The position numbers and the translations under genes are program-made. 64,000 nt of DNA from Hemiscyllium ocellatum (Eukaryota). This document shows, piece by piece, positions 34,601 through 46,400 of this stretch. Under the pieces are notes generated by a model. It was given only the letters and a program-made list of their open reading frames with translations. It ran no database searches and was not told the origin of the DNA. Position 1 is the first letter of the stretch, and every line of letters starts with the position of its first letter. The stretch lies in the NCBI RefSeq assembly GCF_020745735.1, contig NC_083426.1, forward strand, positions 12,772,001 through 12,836,000. Reading direction: 5' to 3'.

Positions 34601-34893
34601 TTAGCACTGTTGCCTCACAGCGCCTGAGACCCGGGTTCAATTCCCGACTCAGGCGACTGACTGTGTGGAGTTTGCACATTCTCCCCGTGTCTCCGTGGGT
34701 TTCCTTCGGGTGCTCCGGTTTCCTCCCACAGTCCAAAGATGTATGGGTCAGGTGAATTGGCCATGCTAAATTGCCCGTAGTGTTAGGTAAGGGGTAAATG
34801 TAGGGGGATGGGTGGGTTGCGCTTCAGCGGGTCGGTGTGGACTTGTTGGGCCGAAGGGCCTGTTTCCACACTGTAAGTAATCTAATCTAATCT
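34601..34893 (+). mobile_element. Young tRNA-derived SINE, absent from copy A
   Basis: B-box gggttcaattcc, (taatc)n tail, aatta on both sides; empty sites at 3260-3270 and ~37637. Confidence 0.9.
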
Positions 34894-34894
34894 A

Positions 34895-35248
34895 ATTATA
34901 GAATCCCTACAGTGCAGAAAGAGGCCATTTGGCCCATCTGGTCTGTATCATCCATCCAAAGAACTTCCCACCAGACCCAGAACCCCACTCTTTCCTACAG
35001 CCACACATTTCCCACGGCTCACCCACTGAGACTATACCTCCCTGGACACTCTGGGCAATTCAGCATGACCATTCCACCTAATCTGCACATTGGTAGACAG
35101 TGGGAAAAAACTGTAGCACTTGGAGAAAACCCACACAGACTCAGGGAGAACATACAAACTGTACACAGACAGTCACCCAAGGTTTGAACTGAACACAGGT
35201 CACGGGGACTGTGAGGCAGCAGTGCTAACCACTGAGACACTGTGCTGT
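34895..35248 (-). mobile_element. Old SINE (paralog of 3262-3618)
   Basis: Colinear with the copy A element. Confidence 0.75.
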
Positions 35249-38200
35249 CCATTTTTGAGAAGTTGAGATGTAAAACGCAAGTTTCCACATTTGTTGCATG
35301 TTTTGATGTTCATTGTGTTTTCACACTATCAGAAAAAAGTGTGAATAATATCAAGGGGGATATGTGATAGATAGCCATGGATGTACAATGACAGTAAGTG
35401 TTAGTTACTTTGGTCTGAAATTGGAGAGAGAGCTGCCCTGGTACAGCACTTGCTGGAGGCTAATGTTGTAGGGCCTGGTCCATTTGAAGGACATTGTTGG
35501 ATGTGGATGGAACAAACAGTGGACAGATGTATCGCGGTTCGACCTGAGTGAGATGTAGGTTATGAATCACAAAGAGGACAGCTGAAAGGGGAGAGAAGCT
35601 TTATCGATTAATCCACAGGGGAGATTCCAAAGGATCAGAAGAAACATGATCAATTAAACTGTGCTGTAAACTGTTCCTAAAGTTCCTTCAGCACTGAGCA
35701 TTTTATATTGTCCAGGAACTGTGTGACAAATAGCTCAGGAGTTCAGGAATATGTCACTAACTGCTACAGCAGGGACATTACACAACTCTTCTAAAGGCTT
35801 TCAAAAAGCTGAGTAGACACTTGGGATTGGCCTCCTCAGTCACTGGTAAAAGCCCAGAGCCTGTGGGAAAGCCCATTGTGAATCCACAACCCATACCTGC
35901 AGGCACTGTAACACCCTCCTGGCACCCATTGTCTACAGCTCAATAAAGAGGGAGAACTGTGTCACCTGGAGCAATATGTCTACAGCCACGTTTGTACAGC
36001 CACTGACAGAAATGTTCAGTGGAGAGGCTTTCTGGAAAGGCAGGGTGGGGACAGTTTTCTTAGAGTCCAGATCAGTGTTAATCAACAGGTATTGTGGGTG
36101 GCCCACTCTGGGTCATTCAAGGCTGTACTGAGAGTTTTCAGATCCAGCCCTTTGATCACAATCTCTGGGAAGGAAACCTCCTGGGACAGGCTCATGTCCA
36201 TGTTGTGGGTGGATCACTGCACCATTCCAGAGCAAATGGGACATCCATCCGAATGGGGGAGGGGCTTTGTGGCAGCTCCAGGTCCTGCAATTGTTTGTCT
36301 CAGAAGAACGGTCTTTTAAAAACTGCTGAGTGACCGTCTACCAGGATATGGCTTTGACACTGAGCAAGTCACTTTACAGGATCCCTGACAATTAGATCAG
36401 ATATTCTTCACTTTGTTAATAACTGCTGCCATCACTGTTTCATCACAGAATCTGATGTTTCAATCTGGTCTATTTTTCCAACTGATTCTACAGTGTCCAT
36501 GTCATTTTGGGACTGGGGGATCTCTGCTCTCTGTTTCTGACACTCAGACACTGGTGACCTAACAGCAGAGGGGTTTCATCCCCATTGGGGTATTAACCCA
36601 CAAATGTTTCCAAGTATTCTCCAGGGATTTACCCAACGTATTGTTTCTGTTTCCCAGACAGAGCATTGCGATGGTCCCCGTTGGTTCAGTCTCTGGGGAA
36701 TGACTCCAGTGACTCTCCTTCCATATTAAGGGTTAAGGTGGGGGCACTGCCTTCAGCATTGTGGCTGGGGATGAGCAGGGTTGATGAAGGGTGTCAGTCC
36801 CTTTGATCCTCTCAAAGGTGAAACCCAGCATGGTTCACCAGACTCACTCATCATCAACCACGTCCTGGTGAATACAAAGCCCCATGTCCATCAGTTCACC
36901 ACAGGTCCAACCATTTACAAACTGTGAAAGACTGTTTGAACTGTCATGTCTGTTCCATTTTAGGAACCACAGCATTAATTTGTGACAGCAAGCTTCTGCA
37001 AGGAACAATCTGATAATGACTAGATCGTGACTTTAGTTGGTGAGAATTATGGACCAGGAGATGAGGCAACTCCACAGCTGTCCTTTGAAATAATGCAGTG
37101 TAGTTAGTTTCCAGGAAATGAAGGTTTATAAATAAAAATAGACTGCAAAGACTGGGGCCTTTTTCACTGGAGTGGAGGAGGCTGGGTGGTGTCCTTTTTG
37201 AGGTTTATAAGATCATTCGTGGCACGGAAAAGATCTTATTCCTCGGGTGGGCTGTTCAAAACCTGGGAGCATGTCTTTAAGGTGAGAAGAGAGGCAATTA
37301 CTTTATGAGAAAGTGAGGCAAATGTTTTACACAGACAGTGGTCCGTGTGTGGAATAAATCATTATAACTTTTCCAATGTCTTTAATGTTGAACACAGACT
37401 GAAAACTGGAGTGGTCATAAGCCCTCAAACAAAACATCTTGAGTTTGCTTTTATGGCTTTTATTTTTGAAGTGCAGTTCCTTAAATATTTTTTGTGAGGA
37501 ACTAGAGCTTTCTTAAAATGTTTCTGTCCGCAGCATGCTGTGTGTGAATGGTTCATTGTAAATGATCACACATTCAGTTTGGGCCCATTCCGTTAAAACC
37601 TCAAACAGGTTCCTGGTCATTGAGGAATGGAACTGAGAATTATAGCATCCTGACAGTGCAGAAAGAGGCCATTTGGCCCATCTGGAGGCTAATGTTGTGG
37701 GTCCTGGTCCATTTGAAGGACATTGTTGGAGGTGGATGGAACAAACAGTGGACAGATGTATCGGGGTCCAGCCTGAGTGGGATGTAGGTTATGAATCACA
37801 AAGAGGACAGCTGAAAGGGGAGAGAAGCTTTATCGATTAATCCACAGGGGAGATTCCAAAGGACCAGAAGAAACGTTATTAATTAAACTGTGCTGTAAAC
37901 TGTTCCTAAAGTTCCTTCAGCACTGAGCATTTTACTTTGTATAGGAACTATGTGACAAGTAGCTCAGGAGTTCAGGAATATGTCACTAACTGCTACAGCA
38001 AGGATATGACACAACTCTTCTAAAGGCTTTCAAAAAGCTGAGTAGACACTTGGGATTGGCCTCCTCAGTCACTGGTAAAAGCCCAGAGCCTGTGGGAAAG
38101 CCCATTGTGAATCCACAACCCATACCTGCAGGCACTGTAACACCCTCCTGGCACCCATTGTCTACAGCTCAGTAAAGAGGGAGAACTGTGTCACCTGGAG

Positions 38201-40436
38201 CAATATGTCTGCAGCCATGTTTGCACAGCCACTGTCAGAAATGTGCAGTGGAGAGGCTTTCTGGAAAGGCAGGGTGGGGACAGTTTTCTTAGAGCCCAGA
38301 TCAGTGTTAATCAACAGGATATTGTGGTAGGCACACTCTGGGTCATTCAAGGCTGAACTGAGAGTTTTCAGACCCAGCCCTTTGATCACAATCTCTGGGA
38401 AGGAAACCTCCTGGGACAGGCTCATGTCCATGTTGTGGGTGGATCACTGCACCATCCCAGAGCAAATGGGACATCCATCCGAATGAGGGAGGGGCTTTGT
38501 GGCAGCTCCAAGTCCTGCAATTATTTGTCTCAGAAGAACAGTCTTTTAAAAACTGCTGAGTGACCGTCTACCAGGATATGGCTTTGACACTGAGCAAGTC
38601 ACTTTACAGGATCCCTGACAATTTGATCAGATATTCTTCACTTTGTTAATAACTGCTGCTATCACTGCTTCATCACAGAATCTAATGTTTCAATCTGGTC
38701 TATTTTTCCAATTGATTCTACAGTGTCCATGTCATTCAGGGGCTGGGGGATCTCTGCTCTCTGTTTCTGACACTCAGACACTGGTAACCTGACAGCAGAG
38801 GGGTTTCATCCCCATTGGGGTATTAACACCCAAATGTTTCCAAGTGTTCTCCAGGAATTTACCCAACGTATTGTTTCTGTTTCCCAGACAGAGCATTGCG
38901 ATGGTCCTCGTTGGTTCAGTCTCTGGGTAATGACTCCAGTGACTCTCCTTCCATATTAAGGGTTAAGGTGGGGGCACTGCCTTCAGCATTGTGGCTGGGG
39001 ATGAGCACGGTTGATGAAGGGTGTCAGTCCCTTTGATCTTCTCAAAGATGAAACCCAGCATGGTTCACCAGACTCACTCATCATCAACCATGTCCTGGTG
39101 AATACAAAGCCCCATGTCAGTCGGTACACCAGAGGGACCCTCACCTTGGAGCAGGTCCAACCATTTACAGTCTGTGAAAGACTGTTTGAACTGTCATGTC
39201 TGTTCCATTTTAGGAACCACAGCAGTTAATTTGTGACAGCAAGCTTCTGCAAGGAACAATCTGATAATGATCAAATTTTCTTTATTTGTGACCTTAGTTG
39301 GTGAGAATTATGGATGAGGAGATGAGGCAACTCCACGACTGTCCTTTGAAATAATGCAATGTAGTTAGTTGCTGCGAAATGAGAGTTTTATAAACAAAAA
39401 TGGACTGAAAAGACTGGGGCCTTTTTCACTGGAGTGGAGGAGGCTGAGAGGTGACCTTTTTGAGGTTTACAAGATCTTGAACGGCACGGATGAGGTCTTT
39501 TCTCTCGGGTGTCTGTTCAAAACCTGGGTGCATGTTTTTAAGGTGAGAGGAGAAATATTTAAAAAGAACATGAGGGGAAATTTTTTCGGAGAAATGAGGC
39601 AAATATTTTACACAGAGAGAAGTTCGTGTGTGGAATAAATTATTGTAATTTTTCCAATGTCTTTAATGTTGAATACAGACTGAAAACTGGAGTGGTCATA
39701 AGCCCTCAAACAAAACATCTTGAGTTTTTATTTCTTTTATTTTTGAAGTGCAGTTCATTAAATATTGTTTTGTGAGGAACTGGAGCACACTCCCAGTTAC
39801 TCAATCACAATTCACTTCTCCCTGAATTTTCTCTCCGTTGTTGAGTTTCTGTTTCTGCTTGAAATCGGCCCCAGGGCTTGTTTACTTGGATCTTGTGGAA
39901 ATGGAACAGAGGGTGTCCTTCTCCTGTACATCTGGGAGTTCAGATCCTGACACAATAATTATTCAGCACTAATGATAGGAGGAATATTCTGCCAGCAGAC
40001 AAAATATTCAAAACAATTCTACTCTTAGCTGCAAGATTTTTTTTGCAAAAAAAATTTATTTGCAAAAAAGTGTTTGTTGAAATTTTATAACATGGGAGAA
40101 TATGTCAGTTGTCATTCAACTGAGATTTCAGTATAAATACTGAGTTTGGATCAACATTATCCTCAACACTTGATTTTTTAACTTACTTGATTTCAGAACA
40201 TTCTATTCTTTCATTGGAAATTAAATCAGTTTTTCTGTTAAACACGACTAATCAAAATAAATGTCTTCACAGTGAACTTTCCCCATCTGGCCTACTGTAG
40301 TTTCACAAACTGGCTTCGTATATCCTGTTCCTCATTTAGCTTCTTGCAGACATTGCATCACACACTTATTTCAATGTGAGAAACAAGAGCTGTGGGACTG
40401 ACATCAAGAACTGAACTGACCTTTGAGAATAAAACG

Positions 40437-40473
40437 ATGTGGATATTGATTCTCCTCATGTGTTCCATTCCCG
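40437..40473 (+). CDS. Leader exon B (MWILILLMCSIP)
   Basis: Paralog of 6300-6336; donor gtgagt intact. Confidence 0.85.
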
Positions 40474-43400
40474 GTGAGTGACCATCTGAGTTGTATATTC
40501 AGATAATCAATGTTTGTTGAAGTCCACTGTGTGGTTTATACAGAAGAAATGTTTAAATATTTGAAGGTACATATTCAGATAAAGTGAGAGCTTGTGACAC
40601 AATGGTTACATTGTTCTTGCTGTGATAAATGCTGAGAGTTTGATTCTCACTCCAGCACATTTCACAAAAGCATGTGTGTTCTCACAAAGTCGAACAGGTT
40701 CATTACCAACCTGTAAATCCATCGAACATGCCCAGTCCAGGGAGCAGGACTGGGTGAGGTTCCAGGTCAGCCTTACACAATGCAGAGTGACACCCCTCAC
40801 ATTACAGCGACTGGCTTCAGGCAAGTGACAAGCTGTAGAAAACAGACACAGCATGGACTTTTTCTACCCCATGTATCTCTAAATATGGAAGTCTTGGATG
40901 TTTAAAGGAACAAATATAAAAATACCTGAACAACATCACAAACATATCTTCTACTGAACATATTGCAATCCCATGTGACACAGTTCCCAAATACTTGAGA
41001 GCAGCTTTATTAATTCTGAATTAAATAAAAATGGACCAAATAATGTTTCATTTGAGTGAAAAAAGCAGCATAATTACTTTAATTTTTCTAATGTTTTTAA
41101 TGTTGAAGATACACTGAAATCTGGAGTTGTAATCAGCCCTCAAGGGAAACATTTTGAGTTGATTAAATATTGTTTTGTGCGGCTCAGTTGCAAAAGTAGA
41201 TGATTAGTTTAATTTCTCTTCACAGAAAAAGCCTTTTATCTTTCAGTCATTAACGTGAATCAAGTCGCTGACTCTCTTTAAATCCCACTGTTTTACACAT
41301 TACAATGTAACACTAAAACTATTGCTCATCATTGCAACCTTCGAGTAAAAAATGAGGTCTGCAGATGCTGGAGTCTATCTCTCACTGCACCCCCCAGGTC
41401 ATCTCCTCTGCACAGAACGCCCCTCCCCCAAGTCCCTCCTCCTTACCTTTTATCTTAGCCTGCTTAGCAAACTCTCTCTCATTCCTGATGAAGGGCTTAT
41501 GCTCGAAACGTCGAATTTCCTATTCCTGAGATGCTGCCTAACCTGCTGTGCTTTAACCAGCAACACATTTTCAGCTCTCATCATTGCAAACTCTCCATTT
41601 ATGAGCAAGGAATTATCAAACACTCAAGATTAAAATTCCCAGTGTGGCATTACTCTAAACTGGAACTCCGTGAATTCTGTTCCATGAAAACTTCCTGAAA
41701 TATTTTGTGGCTCTCGCCCACCAAATTCATGTAGAATACTTCACGGGCAGAAACCTGAAGCATGAATCTCTCTGTTTTCACAACTCTCTTTCATTCAAGG
41801 CTTTCCTTTTTCCAATGAGGTCTCTTTCTCCTGACTTGCATCAGCTTTACATATTCATGAACTGAATGCCTTTCTCTTCTCCTCTCCACCTTAGATTTCA
41901 ATTCCATTCTGTCATTTTACTCAAGAATTGTTCTCCACAAAAAGGGTGGTTCTCCCAACAAGATTGTTGGTCTGGTATTTATTGAAGTAAAGTCTCCCCA
42001 GTCATCAACAGGCTGTTCCTCTCCCACACCAGGAAACAACATTGCAGCAATTTAAGAACTGTCTCATGAAACATCTCTCTGGTACAGTCAGTAAATTATT
42101 TATGTTATTTTACACTCCTTACACAGACAACAATGTGTGATTACAAACCATCCTGCCCTCAAGGTCCTACACATTGATCTCTCTCTCCCATTGTGAACCA
42201 TCCCTTGCTGAACTCCAATTCTCTTCCTCTCCCACTTGAGGACTGTCATCATCTTGCCTGAGTCACCTATTGTATCTACACGTTGAGCCCTGAAAATGCA
42301 GGCCCAGAGCCCACCATGACTTTACACACACCCCTCTCCTCCCTGGATTAAACCCTCGTTCTCTAGTCAGAGTAAGGGTCCTTCAGCACCTGTGCCCAGC
42401 CAACTCCAATCCAAGCCTGTCTCTTGGGCTGCCCTCGCGGTGGGAGGATGGGGGTTGGGGTGTGCGGGTGTGGTCAACACTGCGATGATGTCACACACAG
42501 TGGAGTTAGAGCCCACAGCGGACAGCACAAACCCAATTTCCAAGATTGTCGCAAAGCTCGGCCGGTGGTGTATGAAAATATCCCGACTACTTCAATCATT
42601 CATAGAGTCATAGAGATGTACAGCATGGAAACAGACCCTTCGGTCCAACTCCTCCTTGCTGACCGGATATTCCAACCCAATCTCGTCCCACCTGCCAGCG
42701 CCCAGCCCATATCCATCCAAACCCTTCCTATTCATATACCCATCCAAATGCCTCTTAAATGTTCAACTGTACCAGCCTCCACCGCATCCTCTGGTAACTC
42801 ATTCCATACAGGTCCACCCTCTGCATGAAAAACTTGCCCCTTAGGTCCCTTTTATATCTTTCCCCTCTCACCCTAAAACTATGCCCTCTAGTTCTGGACT
42901 CCCCGACCCCAGGGAAAAGACTTTGTCTATTTATCCTATCCATGCTCCTCAAAAATTTCTAAACCTCTATAAGGTCACCCCTCAGTCTCCGACGCTCCAG
43001 GGAAAACAGCCCCAGTCTTTTCAGCCTCTCCCTGTAGCTCAGATCTTCCAACCCTGGCAACATCCGTGTAAATCTTTTCTGAACCCTTTCAAGTTTCACA
43101 ACATCTTTCCGATAGGAAGCAGACCAGAGCTGCATGCAATATTCCAACAGTAGCCTAACCAATGTCCTGTACAGCCGCAACATGACCTCCCAACTCCTAT
43201 ACTCAATACTCTGACCAATGAAGGAAAGCATACCAAACGCCTTCTTCACTATCCTATCTACCTGCGACTCCACTTTCAAGGAGCTATGAACCTGCACTCC
43301 AAGATCTCTTTGTTCAGCAACACTCCCTAGGACATTATCATTAAGTGTATAAGTCCTGCTTAGATTTGCTTTCCCAAAATGCAGCACCTCGCATCTATCT

Positions 43401-46400
43401 GAATTAAACTCCTGCCACTTCTCAGCTCATTGGCCCATCTGATCAAGATCCTGTTGTAATCTGAGGTAACCCTCTTCGGTGTCTATTACACCTTCAATTT
43501 AGGTGTCATCTGCAAACTTACTAACTGTACCTCTTATGCTCGTAACCAAATCATTTATGTTCATGTCAAAAAGTAAAGGGCCCAGCACTGATCCTGATCA
43601 CTGGCCTCCAGTCTGAAAAACAACCCTCCACCACCACCCTCTGTCTTCTACCTTTGAGCCAGTTCTGTATCCAAATGGCTGGTTCTCCCTGTATTCCATG
43701 AGATCTAATCTTGCTAATCAGTGCCCCATGGGGAACGTTGTTGAACGCCTTCATGAAGTCGATATAGATCACATCTACTGCTCTGCCCTCATCAATCTTC
43801 TTTGTTATTTCTTCAAAAAACTCAATCAAGTTTTGTGAGACATGATTTCTCAAGCACAAAGCCATGTTGACTATCCCGAATCAGGCCTGGCCTTTCCAAA
43901 CACATATACATCCTGTCCGTCAGGATTCCCTCCAACACCTTGCCCACCACCGAGGTCAGGCTCACTGGTCTGTAGTTCCTTGGCTTGTCCTTACCACCCT
44001 TCTTAAACAGTGACATCACGTTTGCCAACATCCACTCTTCCGGCATCTCACCTGTGACTATTTTTGCTCCTTCACAATCTACAGACCCAGAAAATAACAC
44101 CGTCTTATTCCTCGACAAACACTGCCCCAGGTTAAATTAATAGCTATGGCTTATATTTTAAGTTTAATCAAGAGGCTTATTTACAAAACCATATAATCAT
44201 GAAAGAATCCACTGTACCCACTACTGCAGCCTTTCGCTTGGACAGGCTTAAAACAACAATTACCTTCTCTGATTGTGTACTGTGAACTTCGTCCAACAGT
44301 TCCTCCAAGATTCGGTGTGAACTTCACTGATTGTTAATTTTCCCAGATGCGCTGCGATGTCCAGCGATACACGAATTCAAACAGCAAAGGCAGTAACTGT
44401 GCAGGTTTTCTCTCTCTCTCTCTCTCTCCTGCACTGTCCTCACCATGTGCTTCCTTTGTCTGCTCTTCTCCCTTTTAAACTGCTGTTGTTTTGACTTTTT
44501 TTTCCAAAGTTCCAAAACAATGCAACAGCAGATAAACAATAATTGCTGCTTCTGGAATTCGTGGAAATCACCTCCAACACCTAAAATACCTCAAAAAAAG
44601 GAGCAGCTCTTACAGCCAGAAATGTTTCCCATCCTGGGAATTTGGAACATCCTGAGGCTGTGACAAAGGATTGCCTTCATCATGAACTCGATGGAATGGA
44701 GCTGATTAAAATGTTAATGTTTATATTAAGCAATTCAATCCAGTCAAATTTATCAATTTGATTCTCCTCCGTTTCAGGTGATTTATGGGCAGAGAAAGAT
44801 GTAACGGGAATTTTGGGAAGAGCGATCACAATATCTTGTCACTACGAAGCACGGTGGTACCAGTCACACATAAAATATTGGTGTCTCGGATGGACTCGTC
44901 AGTGTAAGGTAATAGCAATGACAAATTGGCCAAATGGGAGAATATCAATCACTGACAACAAAACACAAGGAATATTTCTTGTCACAATCAAGAATCTTCA
45001 ATGGAGTGATGCCGGACGATACAGCTGTGGGATTGAGTTTCCTGGTATTGAGCTTGACCTCCTGTTTACCGTAAATCTGCACATCTCTGAAGGTAAATGT
45101 CTCATTGATCTTTTCAAAAGATACTCTCTGCTGATATATCTTATCAATGTTTATCCAGGAAGAAAAGTGACAAAGAGTTGGGGGATATTTGATTTTTTGA
45201 TCTCTCAAAAATTGTTTCTTTCCCACAGAAGCTGTCTCTGTTCCTGGGCTTCGATTTTTATCCCAACCAAAAACCTCATGGTCTGGGTTTTCAGTGACCT
45301 GTGAGTCTGCCCGGGGATCCCTCCCCATCCACTACACATGGTCTGAGAAGATGCCATCACAAGATTCAATGATCTCTGACACCAATAAACTGGATCTACA
45401 TTGTCAATCCTTCACACAGCAACATCATCAATATTACTGCACAGCCTCAAATACTCAGGGAACAAAACCCAGTGAAATTGTTCATGTGTCAGTCAACAAT
45501 GTAAGAGAGAAGAACTGCAGTTATAGGGTACAGATCAACAGCATCGGTAAGTGTGATGTAAACAATGTTTGTTTATTATCTCTCTCTGGGAAACTGTAAT
45601 TGATAAAATGCACTCCATTTGTTTCTTCATCATTTCTGGAAAAATCCAAGGGTTTACACTGTAGTTAGAAAATGTGGAGGTCCAAAAAATACTAACCATG
45701 TCATGCAGAAACATTGGAACAACTTCAATAATCCCCGCAAAATTAAAACAGCATTTTATTGATGGAGAATTTGCATTTTTCTAACAAATGGAATTTTAAA
45801 TTCACTCCTTGAATGTTGTGTCCAGATTTAGGGCCGATATTGGGGATAGAGAGGAAATCAGTTGTACAATGAAATACCTATAAATATTGCCTGCAGCCAT
45901 TTCCTGATCTGATCTGTTTGAGCTGTCAGAGAAGAAGCAAGTCAGCATCAAGTCGAAGTGACCCACGGGAACTGTATTTGGAACTATCAGCAGCAGCTCA
46001 TGTGGCTGCACTCCCACTTTTGATGCCAGCATGTTGGGGGTTCCAGTTCCCCTTCGGGGTTAAAATCCAGCTGGATCCCAGTGCCCAGCAGAGAGAAGTA
46101 ATGCTGTGCTGTGGCAGGTGAGACAGTGTCAATGAGGTGAGAAACTGAGAACCTGTTCCCCCTTTAGGAATGGCACCATTTGTAAACTATTTACAGAATA
46201 GAGGTCCTCCTAGTGTCTGAGCAAGCATTCATAGAGTCATAGAGTCATAGAGATGTACAGCGTGGAAACAGACCCTTTGATTCAACGCGTCCATGCCGAC
46301 CAAATATCCCAACCCAATCTAGTCCCACCTGCCAGCACCAGGCCCATATCCCTCTAAACCCTTCCTATTCATATACCCATCCAGATTCCTTTTAAATGTT

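Larger units (their letters stand above)
34470..39790 (+). repeat. Local tandem duplication upstream of gene B (two copies of A 3130-5915)
   Basis: Copy 1 ~34470-37505, copy 2 ~37508-39790 with an internal deletion at 37682. Confidence 0.85.
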
